The position numbers and the translations under genes were made by a program. This document shows, piece after piece, positions 12,306-23,879 of a DNA stretch of 64,000 nucleotides (position 1 is the first letter of the stretch; each line of letters starts with the position of its first letter). Origin of the DNA: Takakia lepidozioides (taxonomy: Eukaryota; Plantae; Bryophyta); contig CM060734.1 in the NCBI GenBank assembly GCA_030704615.1, positions 37,572,001 through 37,636,000 of the forward strand. Reading direction: 5' to 3'. The notes beneath the pieces were generated by a model, which saw nothing but the letters and a program-made list of their open reading frames with translations, was not told the origin of the DNA and made no database searches.

Positions 12306-12537
12306 TAGAGCTGGACCCACAACTGGGTCTGATGGATCAAAAGAAGTGACAAAAGAGTATGGGACATACCCCTTTATACAATGGTACTTGCTTGAAATGT
12401 ACAGGATTAAGCATCCTTGGTCATGTGTAGATAATTAGCTACCATGAACGTCAGGTATCATCTTGCATATATCCAGAAGTAAGATCATAAAGATACATGC
12501 ACATAGATGAGAGGAGTATACCAGGTCATGTGTCCTG

Positions 12538-13164
12538 TCATGATCCGAAATCCCGTTTGCGGATCGGGGAGAACCCTTCTGAACTCCTCCGGGTCCTGTA
12601 TGACTCTTGGCTGGCAATGTTGATGGTGGTGGTGGAATTAGACCCCGATCCACCCGGTGGAGAGCGGTTGGTCAATCTGGTATTTTCAGATGTGCTGGCA
12701 GGAGTTTGCATCCGGCCAGAGTGTCCACCCCTTTGGTATTGGCCTCTTCCACGTACCGGGGTACCTCTTCCCCGAGAAGCATATGTTTTACCATGTTGGT
12801 GAGGCGTCTGCCCCTCCATACGCTGCCTTTTGTAGTTACTGAACTGAGGCTTAGGCTGGCTGTCCGAAAAAGTACTAGGTTTTAGCATCTTCTCAATGTA
12901 TTGGGCTGTCTTGGATTCTCCCAGCCTTATCAGTACCTTAGCATTAGGATCAGCTGCAAATTCGCAGGCTGCCTCCATAATAAATTCCCGGATCATCTGG
13001 AAGGTAATATGTGCCAGTACGGCAGATCTGGCTGCCTTCATTATCCAGGCCAGAAAATTATAGTACTTGGTTTGAATGGAAGGGTATGTATCATCAGGGA
13101 AGAAAACCGTCAGGTACCAAGTGATCAAACCAAGAAACACTACCAACACAACCAGATGAAGCAT
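12538..13164 (-). CDS. Hypothetical TE-associated ORF with RG/RGG-rich basic C-terminal half (ORF1/gag-like)
   Basis: 208-aa ORF containing SRGRGTPVRGRGQYQRGG, immediately upstream of repeat copy B in the PLE orientation. Confidence 0.35.
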   Translation of the reverse strand: MLHLVVLVVFLGLITWYLTVFFPDDTYPSIQTKYYNFLAWIMKAARSAVLAHITFQMIREFIMEAACEFAADPNAKVLIRLGESKTAQYIEKMLKPSTFSDSQPKPQFSNYKRQRMEGQTPHQHGKTYASRGRGTPVRGRGQYQRGGHSGRMQTPASTSENTRLTNRSPPGGSGSNSTTTINIASQESYRTRRSSEGFSPIRKRDFGS

Positions 13165-13354
13165 TTGTCAAGTTAAATAAACACAGTGTGAAACTAACTA
13201 GAATAAATCTAGTTGTTTGTATTTAACACTTGGATTTAGTTCAAGTGTTAAGTCAGGTGTCAAGTTTAGTTTGACACCTGAACCGTCTTATCTTCACGAG
13301 AGCGTCAGTCGTGCGGCTCATCTCTCTCGAGTTGAGCCTGCACGACCGAGCTCC

Positions 13355-14045
13355 TTTCCAGTTCCAGGCCCTATTGCCGTTCAGGGACTTAGCCATTTTC
13401 GGGCTAAGTCCCTAGACTGGCTGGCCCCGAACTGGAAATTCGGCGCCATTTTCCAGTTCTAGGCCCTATTGCCGTTCAGGGACTTAGCCATTTTCGGGCT
13501 AAGTCCCTAGACTGGCTGGCCCCGAACTGGAAATTCGGCGCCATTTTCCAGTTCTAGGCCCTATTGCCGTTCAGGGACGTGGCCATTTTCGGGCTAAGTC
13601 CCTAGACTGGCTGGCCCCGAACTGGAAATTCGGCGCCATTTTCCAGTTCTAGGCCCTATTGCCGTTCAGGGACGTGGCCATTTTCGGGCTAAGTCCCTAG
13701 GGTGGCTGGCCCTGAACTGGAAATTCGGCGCCATTTTCCAGTTCTAGGCCCTATTGCCGTTCAGGGACGTGGCCATTTTCGGGCTAAGTCCCTAGGGTGG
13801 CTGGCCCTGAACTGGAAATTCGGCGCCATTTTTCCAGTTCTAGGCCCTATTGCGGTTCTGGGACTTAGCCATCTTCGGGCCAAACCGGGAAAAATGGCGC
13901 CGAATTTCCAGTTCAGGGCTCCCAAGATGGCTAAGTCCCTAGGGTGGCAGTCACCGAAAACCGAAATTTGGCGCCATTTTTCCATTTCTAGGCCCACTCA
14001 CATCCGCCCCAACCTGGGAAAATGGTGCCGAATATGCATTTCAGG
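13355..14045. repeat. 95-bp tandem repeat (~5.5 units) followed by inverted partial units
   Basis: TTTCCAGTT recurs at 13355, 13450, 13545, 13640, 13735, 13831. Units contain AGGGACTTAGCC-loop-GGCTAAGTCCCT (left arm AGGGACGTGGCC in units 3-5). Confidence 0.95.
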
Positions 14046-14161
14046 GACCTCATTGTGTTTTTCATGAATGCAGGTACTGCAAGTTCTCCCTTTTGGAGAA
14101 ATGTCATCTGTCTTTCGAGCCACCATTCTTCCTGGCATAGAGGAACCCTGGGGCTGACTCC

Positions 14162-15793
14162 ATGTACACTGACGATATTGTGAAGGAGTGGCATCTAGAA
14201 CATTTGCGTGATTGCCCTTGGTATATGGACCTTCCGCCCGGCTCGCTCGACCCATCCGAGTTTCAATTGAAGCTGGATGCTGAATTCCGACGAAACCGGG
14301 CTCCGCTGCCTCCGTTGGGTGCAAAAGAGGCAAAAGCGCTTGCGAACTCCAGGAAAACGGCAGAGCTTACTCAGGCAGGAATTCAGGAGAAATTGCATGA
14401 GAAGAGTAAAGGCCAAAGGGAAAGGACAAGGAAACAGGTGAGTGCAGTAACACCCAAAAAGAAGAAAACCATCGGGGCATCGGAGGAGGCGCAGGAGGGG
14501 ACCCAAGAGAGTGACTCGGACGACGACTTTGTTCAAGGTCCTGCGATTGTTGTTGTTCCTACCCAGTCACCGGTCGTCCGGGTTCCCAAGTCAGTTCGGA
14601 GTGGGACTGGCTCTGCCAAGAAGTTGGCATTTGAGGGCGAGCCTCACGGCGGTATTTGGCGGTGACGTTTACACACAGGCCAAAGCTAGAACCTCCAACC
14701 ATCATCCAATGCGTCAATGAGAGCTTCCTTGACGCTCTCGCTGCCAGGGCGAAGAAGGTGGCACACAGCAAGTCTCTGGCGGAGCAGAAGGGGAAAGCCA
14801 AGAAGAGGGCTGGCGGTACAGAGCCTAAAGACAGACGGAATTCTTCACGGCTGTGAGCACGGATTGCAAGAGCACTCGGGGGGGGGTTGAGGTGGAGAGA
14901 GCTTGCGACATGATTCTCCTCGATATTCCAGATGGGGAGCTGCTGGAGGGCCTGGCCTGGAACAGGTTTACTGAGGACTACTGGAAAGTCGGGTTTGGGC
15001 TGGCGGGGATGCTTCTGGATGACGGTGGATGTGTGGTTGTCCTTGCCACGAGAGGGAAGACCACAGAGAATGCGGTGGCAAGGTGGACACCGAAAAGTGT
15101 CACCCTGGTCCTCCTCAGAAAATGGTTCTGCATCAGTACACAGGGGTTGCGAACAGAGGGCCAAAGTGTAAGTTATCAATCTATTGCATTCACTTCATAT
15201 TGTGGTGTATGTTAAGTAGACCCTGGAGTTGATCCCTTCTTTGTTGGATGTGCAGACATTGGTGTTTGAGGCATATTGCTTTGTGAAGAGAGGGTCTATG
15301 TTCAAATTCCGCAACGACGGTCGTCTTGTTGATGCCACTGTGGACCCTGTAACCTACGATGTCCTCTACAACTATGTGCCCCACTCCAGTATGCCGAAGG
15401 ACACAAAGACAGGCAAACCGTGGCGGTACAGCCGGACCCGGAGCCCTGCTTTCATCCAAACCCTCATGGAGACGTGCTCGGATGTCCAAGGGCGGATTCT
15501 GGACCTCACATGCGGCACGGGTAAGCCTTCACGTGCTCAGTTTGTCCCCTGGCCCGATTGCAATTGCATGCCAAAAGCTATTAACCGCCCCCTTTGTTCC
15601 TCAGGTGCTTCAATGTGGGCACAGGCATGTGTTCGCCTTCGAGCCAGATACTGCCCTCCACAACTCGGAACTTGCAGCGGCTGAACGTCTGCCGAAAGAG
15701 GAAGAGGCATCCTCGGAGGATGAGGAAAAATCCGAGAAGGAGCAGGGGGAGGAAGTTGGGATCGAGGCCGAGGAGCCCCCGGTTTACGAGTGA
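14162..15793 (+). pseudogene. Spliced, frameshifted beta-class DNA amino-methyltransferase-like gene (N6_N4_Mtase fold) with basic/acidic N-terminal extension
   Basis: CDMILLDIPDG (DPPY-position motif IV); WNRFTEDY...LLDDGGCVVV; intron about 15168-15255; PWRYSRTRSPAFIQTLMETCSDVQGRILDLTCGTG (motif X/I); intron 15521-15604; RHVFAFEPD (motif II). Order IV...X-I-II is beta class. Confidence 0.65.
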
Positions 15794-16960
15794 GTGGTGG
15801 CATTGTAAGTTGCCTCCAGATTTCGTGAGGCACCTCCCTCCGCTCTCTTATTTCATTGAAAACCCTTTCTGGTTGTGCTGGTATTGACATTCTTGAAGTG
15901 GATTTGTTCTTACTGTAGGATGCCAAGTACTGCCGGAGGGACGTCTACACCGGAGTTCATGGGCAGGAGGAACGTGCCTTTTTTTGCCAGGGGGGATTTC
16001 ATGCCTAGTCCAGAAAGGGAGTACATCCTTCCTACTTATGCTGCCTGGCTTGCTTCGGTGTCGGAGGTGTTCCGAACCTAGTCGTGTACAACAGATTTTA
16101 GACGAGGCAAGCCTCAAGAAAATGAAGATGAGGGAGGAGGCAGCAACTATTAGAGCCCGTCGGGCTCGTAGATTTGTCTTGGATTCTGCTGAGGAAAGTG
16201 GGGGAGAAGACGCAGAAGATTCCCAGGAGGTGAGGTGGACAGTCCCCCAAGGAGAGGATGGGATTTTTGAGAGGCATAGTGGAACTGATGCATCACAGAG
16301 CTCGGAGGATGAGGGGGATGAGGGGGATGAGGAAGAAGGTGGGGCAAGTTCCTCAGAGGGTGTAGGAGAGTAGTGCCCATTCCGGCTATGACAGTTAGAA
16401 CACACTTGTATAGACGTGGCTTGCCACAAAATTTGCAATAAAATGTTGCATTTCAAGTCCACTGGTGCCACATTCCAACTTCACATGACCCTATTTCCGT
16501 GCCTCCTAACCCTATTTCCGTGGACTCACAATGGTCTGCTCATGCTTTTTTTTTTCCGCTCATGCTCATGCCGCTCATGAAATAACAGCCCCCTCAAAAA
16601 TCGATAGCGACATTTTGCGATGGCTGCCAACAACACACAGTCCCGTCTCATTCTACATGCAATGCAATGATATGGATGCAATGGAAGCATGCATGTACCA
16701 TGGGCAGGATGAAGGCATGCAGGGGGGATGGGGATGCGGGAGAGGGCATGGCCAGGGCATGCGTCATGTCCCCGCAGCGGGCACATGAGGCGTGGGAGGG
16801 CGTGCCGCACAGCAGTGTGCGGGCGATAGAGGCAGGGGTGGGCAGGGGGTGGCGGGGGTCCACGTTGGCTGAACCGGCTCCCTCGCATTCAACTCCAGGG
16901 CCCCATCTAATGCTTGGCCCGGGGAATGGTGTGGGGCGCTGCCCAGTCAGCTCTCACGGC

Positions 16961-17486
16961 TATCTAACTCTTAATAGTCGTATGGCTGTTTTTTTTCCCT
17001 GAATCAGGTATGATATTATTAGCGATAATTGTCTCCATATGTAAGTGTCTCCATATACGTCGGATGAAAACCCATTTTGGATGAAACGTTGGATGACAAA
17101 TAGCCGTACCGACGTATTAAGTAAGATAATGTCCATCTGTCGAAGCAATCTCAAATAATCCTCGCAACTCGCCTGCAGCTCGGATTATTCTCGATAATGC
17201 TCCTCCACATTGACATTATCTAATACTTAATAGTCGTATGGCTGTTTTTTTCCCTGAATCAGGTATGATATTATTAGCGATAATTGTCTCCATATACGTT
17301 GGATGAAAACCCATTTTGGATGAAACGTTGGATGACAAATAGCCGTACTGACATATTAAGTAAGATAATGTCCATCTGTCGAAGCAATCTCAAATAATCC
17401 TCACAACAGACTCGCTGCTCCCGCAGCTCGCCTGCAGCTCGGATTATTCTCAATAATGCTCCTCCACATTGACATTATCTAATACA
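16961..17486. repeat. Tandem duplication of ~257 bp
   Basis: TTAATAGTCGTATGGCTG...TGACATTATCTAATAC occurs twice, from about 16971 and 17227. Confidence 0.9.
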
Positions 17487-20400
17487 TAGCCATTTTATAG
17501 TACTGAGGATAAGCATCTAATCTTGATAGATGGGTGCGGTCAATTATCAATAGATACGGCTGGATTGTAATATGGATATTCCAAAATCCACCGTTATCGT
17601 TGCACTGCATCTTGAGTCTTGACACTTGAAGGTGTGGAAGTCGCCTCTCAATTTTGTGCGGCGGTCCTGATGAGAGCTGTGTGGGCGCTTTTGGACAAAA
17701 CCTCGGCCCACCCTCACACGGATGCCTGTATTTGCCTACCCCCCTTCATCCATAGGGATGAACTGTTCAAACGAATCCCTACCTACCACATGCACAAGCA
17801 CCCCAAATCCTCCCAAATTCCACCGTTCCGTTTGGGATTATAACAATTTTCTTTTATAAAAAAAAAAGAACGAGGGGATTCTTCTAGTAAAGATCTTTGG
17901 AGGAAAATGGCCCATCCTTTGGTGTTTGAAGACATTGTCGAAGTGGACATATAAGAAAGCTTTCAGGTTGGGCATCGACGGCCGCTGCCATATATACTAC
18001 AGTACCCTTTCGCGCACACTTCAGCACCTGCAATAGGACCTGGAAAGGTAGAAGCGAAGGACGACAACACGCACATTATTACCAGGAGGGAAGCTAGGCA
18101 GCAGGAACGGGTCACAGGGGAGGAAAAGATCGAGGAACACTTGCAGATTGGTGGCTGCGATGCGATGCCCTAAATCCGGACGGATAGGATGACAGTGTGG
18201 CTTGACGGTCAGATGCGTGCCAGGTCATATGGGGTCTGCTTGGGTCCGTCGGTTCGGTCTACTCTGTCGGCAGACCCCACAGACCTAGCCTGGGCAGACC
18301 CAGCTTGGGGCGGACACAACGGCGACCGCGAGCGGCTTGAGCCGCGGGCCGGGGGCCACGGACTGTGGGTGCGGTGCTGCGGAGCTGCCGACGCGCTGCG
18401 CCACCCGGATGGCCGGTGCGGGGGGCGGGCACGGGGGTGACTCCGCGGCCGTGCGTCCGTGCGCGTTCTGGCCCGCACGTGAGACATAAACTCCCAATTA
18501 TTCAAAAATGAGAGGCCTGATTTATTATTGATTAATTTATTTTTCCTTAACGGAAAGGGGAGGAAGCCCTTTAAGTCATATTAAGAAATCTTGAAAATTT
18601 AACCATGAAGGAGGCCATGAAGGCTTACATCACGAAGTGATAGGGTAGCATCCAGTACTTGTCCACCTAGGGGGAAGCTTTAGAGAAGGCATTGATTCAT
18701 TGTCCATGGAGAACAACAAGCCTATCTAGAATTACTGCCATAAGCAGTAGCTCCGAGCACAAGGGGAACCTTGGTCAGGGAGAGAGCTACACTGAGAAGA
18801 AATCAAACTAAGTAACCATACATTCTACCATGTTATGAGAAGTGTTCCCAGGGGAAACACGAACCAGGCAGAGATATGTGTTGTCCAGGGGAGATAGCAA
18901 TTTAATCTGACTGCCCAACCAACAAGGAGGCCAAAGCACAAAGCTCAGGGCCTCTAGCCCTGAACCTAGCATGAAATAAAAGTTGTACTATGAAGTAACT
19001 CAAAAAATAATGCACAGTCAAAATCCTGAGAGTAACCAGTGAACCAGAGACTAGGCCTGCAGGTGAATTGAAAGAAGGTAATCCTCCACAATTCAACCAC
19101 AAGAAGATAAGCAAACCAAGGTGTCTGAGAGGGACATCTATCTATTTAATGTTTCCTACACAGCGGCTCGAAGTTGAGATGTGCCTTGACCTTGGAATCT
19201 CTATTCTTTCGGCGGCGCTAGTTGATTTCCTCCACCTCGTCTGTGTGAACGGGAGAAGGCCACGGGCTAGGATAGTCGCCAGACATCAAGTGATCTATTG
19301 GCCCAATGGGACTATCTCCATCCCTGGAACTGAAGATGCCTCCAAAGGCCCAAGTGCTGTCAAAAGCATTGAGTAGGGCCGCTTGTCTGCGTAGAGCTAA
19401 GACCATCAAATCCCACAGTTTTCGACCTTGGACAATTAGATCAAAGTGAAGTCTAGCAAGAGTGGCAAAGGGGCAGGGGTATTTACCATCAAACATCCAA
19501 GCACATCTTGACTTCCAAATGTGACAGATACACAAAGCTCTAAGACATTGCCAGAGTTAACAAGACAACCAGGGGACCCTGTTAGAAATGTTAAAAAGAA
19601 GAACGGATTGGTCAGTAGTAACCAAGGCCTTCTAGGGTAGGAAAAAAAACCGAATTCTTTTCCAGATTTGCTGGGCAAAGCTGCAGAAAATAAGGCAATG
19701 CTCTAATGACTCAGGTTGGCTGCTGGTGAGATAGTGCATAAATCCAGGGGGGGAACCTGTATAGCTGAGGCAACAGGAAGAATGTGATGGGAGATTCGCC
19801 ACATGAAAGCACTAATTTTAGCAGCTCTGTAAGTCATGCCAAATGTCTGCCCAATTATTTAGCCAGGCTCCTCGAGACAAAGTCAAATGGGCCAATTTTT
19901 TACACATCTTGGCCTCCTTTGCGTATTGAGGAAGGAGTAAGGAGTACCCTAGCTTGGCAGTACAAGAGAAAAATGGGGCGGAAAATAGGGGAGAGGGCAC
20001 CAGACTCGGCAACAGAAAAGCCCAGCCCCGAGGCCACAGAATTGCTGAGATGAGACAGAAAGATAATAACAAGGGATCCCACCCAAGCAGCCTCTCCAAG
20101 AAGAGGCCTGCCAATTATCACGGTCATCACGAAGTAAGGGGCCCCAACGAGAGTATTTACAGCATAAGAGATTTTAGGCCAGAGGTTAGAGAAACAATGT
20201 GAGCTAAACAAGGATGAGGAGAGGGGGGGGGGAAGAGTGCACCAGCTGACCAGATGACAGCTACAGAGTTAAAACTTGCACATTCCCATCGAGTCCAAGG
20301 AAGGGAGCCGCTGACCAGAGCCTCATCGTCGAGCTGAAGATTCCCAAATAAAGGTTGTTACATGACCTCTTCCCAACAGCTAGGGGGTGGTTGATAGTTA

Positions 20401-20663
20401 AAGAAACTCTCAGATTTTCACCCAAACACCCCAAATAGAGTGCCAAGCAGCAGAGCCAATGAAAGGTTTTCTATTGAGAGAGATAGCCAACGCAAGGAGT
20501 TTTTCCAAAGGGGGTCAGCCTTAGGTTTAGCAGCTTTCAAATGGTTCCAGATCATAAAAACTTATAGGGGCCAGCATCTGGCATAAATGACCTAGGAATC
20601 CGCTTATCTAGCAAGGCCGTTATCTGAGAGTGAAGATCAAGGATACCCAGATGGGGGTTGCTA

Positions 20664-22542
20664 CACCGCGAGCCTGTGAGCCCAGGAGCCCGTGAGCCCA
20701 GCATAGGCTCACGCCACGTCATCTATGAATTCCGAACTTACAGGGCGTATTTCCGCGCAAGGCGCCTATAGCCGCGGATTGACTTACCCTTTTCAATCAT
20801 TGCAGATAACGTCTTTTACATCCATCCCACCCCCAGCCCTCGTGTCGTAAACAACGATTTGATTAGTATTCGATTACCGAAGTGAGAGGAAATGAGGATG
20901 CTGGTTACATGAAGCTTTCTTACCAGTCCAAACGTAGTAGCAGCTTACAGTGCAGATCCCTAGACCCAAAAGTTAGCGGAGTGGAGTTGAGGCTTGGACA
21001 CGTGAAAATCGCCCACATGGAATAGTGTAATTTAGATGTGGTGTACATACTAAGCCCTTGCATGTTTGAAATGGATGAATGTCCTTGTATTTGAATGAAT
21101 CGGGATGGCCGGGATGAAATCAATGTATGCGGTTTGACTTGACATAAGCGAATGCACTTTTGGCAGGTTCCCCCACAGATGCCTGAAAAGTAGTTTGTGG
21201 CACCCGCATACGTTTTGTTTTTTTTGTTCCCATGAAGATGCCCTGAAAGTAGTGTGCGGCACCGTACACTCCTTTCGGGGCATCTGCGGTGCATGTTTTC
21301 TTTGCAGCTGCCCACCCCACATACGTTTTTTTTTTTTTTTTTTGTTTTTTTTTTAATTCCCACACAGATGCCCTGAAAATAGTGTGCGGTGCCGCACACT
21401 GTTTTTAGGGCATCTGCGGAGCACATTTTCTCTGCAAATGCCCATCCCACACAAGGTTTTTATTTATTTTTTATGTTTTATTTTATTTTTAATAAATAAA
21501 AAATTATTAACATTTATTCGTTTTTTCGTTCCCTCGTAGATGCCCGGAAAACAGTGTGCAGCCGCACACCGCACATTGTTTCTAGGGCTTCTGCGGGGCA
21601 CGTTTACTGTGCAGATGGCCATCCCACAAGATGTTTTTATTTTTATTTTTTTGTTCCCTCGCAGCTGACCGGAAAACAGTGTGTGGCACCGCACACTGTT
21701 TTCAAGGCATCTGCGAGCACGTTTTCTTTGCATATGCCAATCCCACACATTTTTATTTTTTTTTTGGTTTACCTTTCCCACGCTGATGCTCGAAAAACAG
21801 TGTGCGGCACCGCACACAGTTTTCAGGGCATTTGCGGTGTTTTTTTTCCTCTGTAGATGCCCATTCCACACACGTTTTGTTTTTCTTTTCGTTCCCACGC
21901 AGATGCCCTAAAAGTAGTCTGCGGTGCACGTCTTTTTTGCAGCTGCCCATCCCGCACACGGGGTTTTTTTTTTTTTTTTTCCCCGTTCCCATGCAGTTGC
22001 CCTCAAAATATTATGCGGTGCCGCACACTGTTTTCCGGGCATCTGTGGTGTATGTTTTCTCTGCAGCTGCCCATCCCACACACGCAAATTTTTATTTTTT
22101 GCTTGACAAGTACACCAGCTCAGAACATTCTCTCGAAAGACAAAAATAGATCTTCAGGTGAGGGGAGAGGCAAAGGAAAGAGGAAGGGGAAGTGAACCCA
22201 GACGGGTCTCTTTTTAGTGTCGGTTTGTTTGCAATATGCAGCTTAAGTTGGCAGACTGCACAACGTTGCAGTCAATGAGTCTCTTTTCATTATCGGTTTG
22301 TTTGGAATATGCAGCATAAGTCGACATACTGTAAATGCGTATTCCCACGGTTATAGGTCCCTCGGGTATAGGTATCTTATCTTTCGCCAAATGTGTCATG
22401 ACATCTGCTGACATGACGGACACTCACGCTTACGTGGTGTGAACGCCACGTCATGCAGAGGGAGCCTGGCTCACGCCACGTCAGCCAAGCGTGAGCTCAG
22501 CTCCCAGGCTCACGAGGCTAGGCTCACGCCATAGCTACGCTG
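20664..22542. mobile_element. TA-flanked non-autonomous element with GTGAGCC/GGCTCAC subterminal repeats, inserted in the LINE
   Basis: TA|CACCGCGAGCC...GCTACGCTG|TA imperfect inverted termini; GGCTCACGCCACGTCA occurs near both ends. Confidence 0.55.
21170..22100. repeat. Tandem array of about 8 palindromic ~120-bp units separated by poly-T tracts
   Basis: Unit core AGATGCCCTGAAAA-TAGTGTGCGGTGCCGCACACTG-TTTTAGGGCATCT. Confidence 0.9.
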
Positions 22543-23879
22543 TACCCAGACCTCCACGTTTTTTTTTCTAATAGAGCTGGGACCAGGAAACTAGAGCCCT
22601 ACAAGGAATAGCAGCATCTGTTGCTCCCAAAGAAAATTTCGAATCAAAGCTTTGATACTCTTGATAGTAGAGGCATCGGAACCAAACTGAGGCAATAAAC
22701 CACAAGGAATCTTCCAAAATTTGGTTAACCACAAGAGCCCAGCCAGCCACGGTGAGCCTAGAGGAGAACCAGAAAGAAAGCTTTGACTTGAGATGAGTCA
22801 GGATAGGCTGAAACCTCTGCTCCAGAGAAAGACTGTGCCCAATCAAGTAGCCGAGCAGCGAATGAGATCCACCATTACGTAACCAGGACAAGCCCCAATC
22901 ATTACCCCGGAAAGGAAGATGGGAGGGGCCAGAAAGAGCAAGAAGAGATCATTAATAAATCTTTGGATTTACACCAGTTGACCTTAAACCCAGAGGCGAG
23001 GCAAAAGGAATTGAAAGTACTTACCAAAAGCATTGTCAATGTTGGACTGATGAACATTCTTGAGGAAGAGGGTGGTGTCGTCAGCATAACAAGAGATTTT
23101 GAGGTTGAAGATAGCACCCAGATGCAGGATGGCTAGTCCATGAATCACAAGATGCGCATCGAACAGGCCAAGCAATTAGTAGCAATAATAAAAAGAAATG
23201 AGGATATATAGAGGACAACCTTGCCGAACAGATCTCTTGAGAGGGAAGGATTTTGAAAGATAACCATTGGTGATAACACGCCTGGAGGCAGAGGAGAGGA
23301 GGAGACAAACCCAGGAAATAAAAAAAGGTGGTAGACCTATTTTATGATGAGCCCCATTTAAAAAAACTAGTTGATGCGGTCAAAGGCCTTTTCAAAATCA
23401 AGCATAACCACTGCGAGAGGTTGACCAAAAGACACTACAGCAAATGGGGGGGAGGGGGGGGTTTGCAACGCCTAAAATAAAAAATAATAAAATAATAAAA
23501 ACACTGTGACGCCTCGGCCTTGCAAAAGCGTCAGTGAGGGCACCCCAGCACCTCTGCGACGCCATGGCGTCGCAACAACATCACCACAATGAGAGTTTGT
23601 TTTTTTATTTTTTCTTTGGGCTTTGCGGCCTTCAACTTTGCAAAAACGTTGTTGGGGGCGCCCCGCGCTGGGACGGCCAACGCTGCGACGCCGGGGGGTC
23701 GCAATGGTGTTATAGTCAACTTAGGTCATCATAGGGATGTCGCTTGGGGCGCCTGGCGGTGGGAGAGTGCAACAATAGCGACAATGTTGGGGCTGGGGCT
23801 AGGGCTGGGCACTAAGGCTGTGGAGGTTGCAACTCTCGGGCGTCACAAGAGGGACCCCTTAGAAAGAACTTGAAGGAAA

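Larger units (their letters stand above)
1828..13164 (-). mobile_element. Penelope-like retroelement (PLE) with long direct repeats, interrupted by a CACTA insertion
   Basis: PLE-type RT motifs at 3117-4909, N-terminal part at about 9419-9850, near-identical ~1.26-kb repeats on both sides, and an upstream RG-rich ORF. Confidence 0.7.
13184..17607 (+). mobile_element. Putative mobile unit carrying a DNA methyltransferase-like gene; boundaries tentative
   Basis: Terminal hairpin clusters, a 95-bp tandem array on the left, a ~257-bp duplication on the right. Weak CAGTG...CACTG ends each flanked by CA. No transposase seen. Confidence 0.4.
18545..23432 (-). mobile_element. Degenerate L1-like LINE (RT and 3' part), interrupted by two insertions
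   Basis: QPLAVVMLDFEKAFDRI at about 23430-23370, ISCYADDTTLFL, FCLASGFKVNWCKS, LTVAGWALVVNQIL; A-rich 3' end near 18545. Confidence 0.8.

Noticed and set aside
13355-13880. CRISPR array or coding ORFs in the 95-bp repeat
   Set aside because: Pure tandem repeat with no spacers; the ORFs are repeat artefacts.
17660-17710. Hammerhead core CTGATGAG
   Set aside because: Stem II is not followed by GAAA; no stems I/III identified.
18170-18525. GC-rich island as a gene
   Set aside because: Low-complexity ORFs in all frames; more likely a TE subterminal remnant, boundaries not definable.
21170-22100. CRISPR-like array
   Set aside because: Inter-repeat segments are homologous and poly-T rather than unique spacers; units about 120 bp; eukaryotic context with no cas genes.
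20644-22550. 8-bp hAT-type TSD TACCCAGA
   Set aside because: The termini it would define are not inverted repeats; TA-flanked ends at 20664/22542 fit better, though uncertain.
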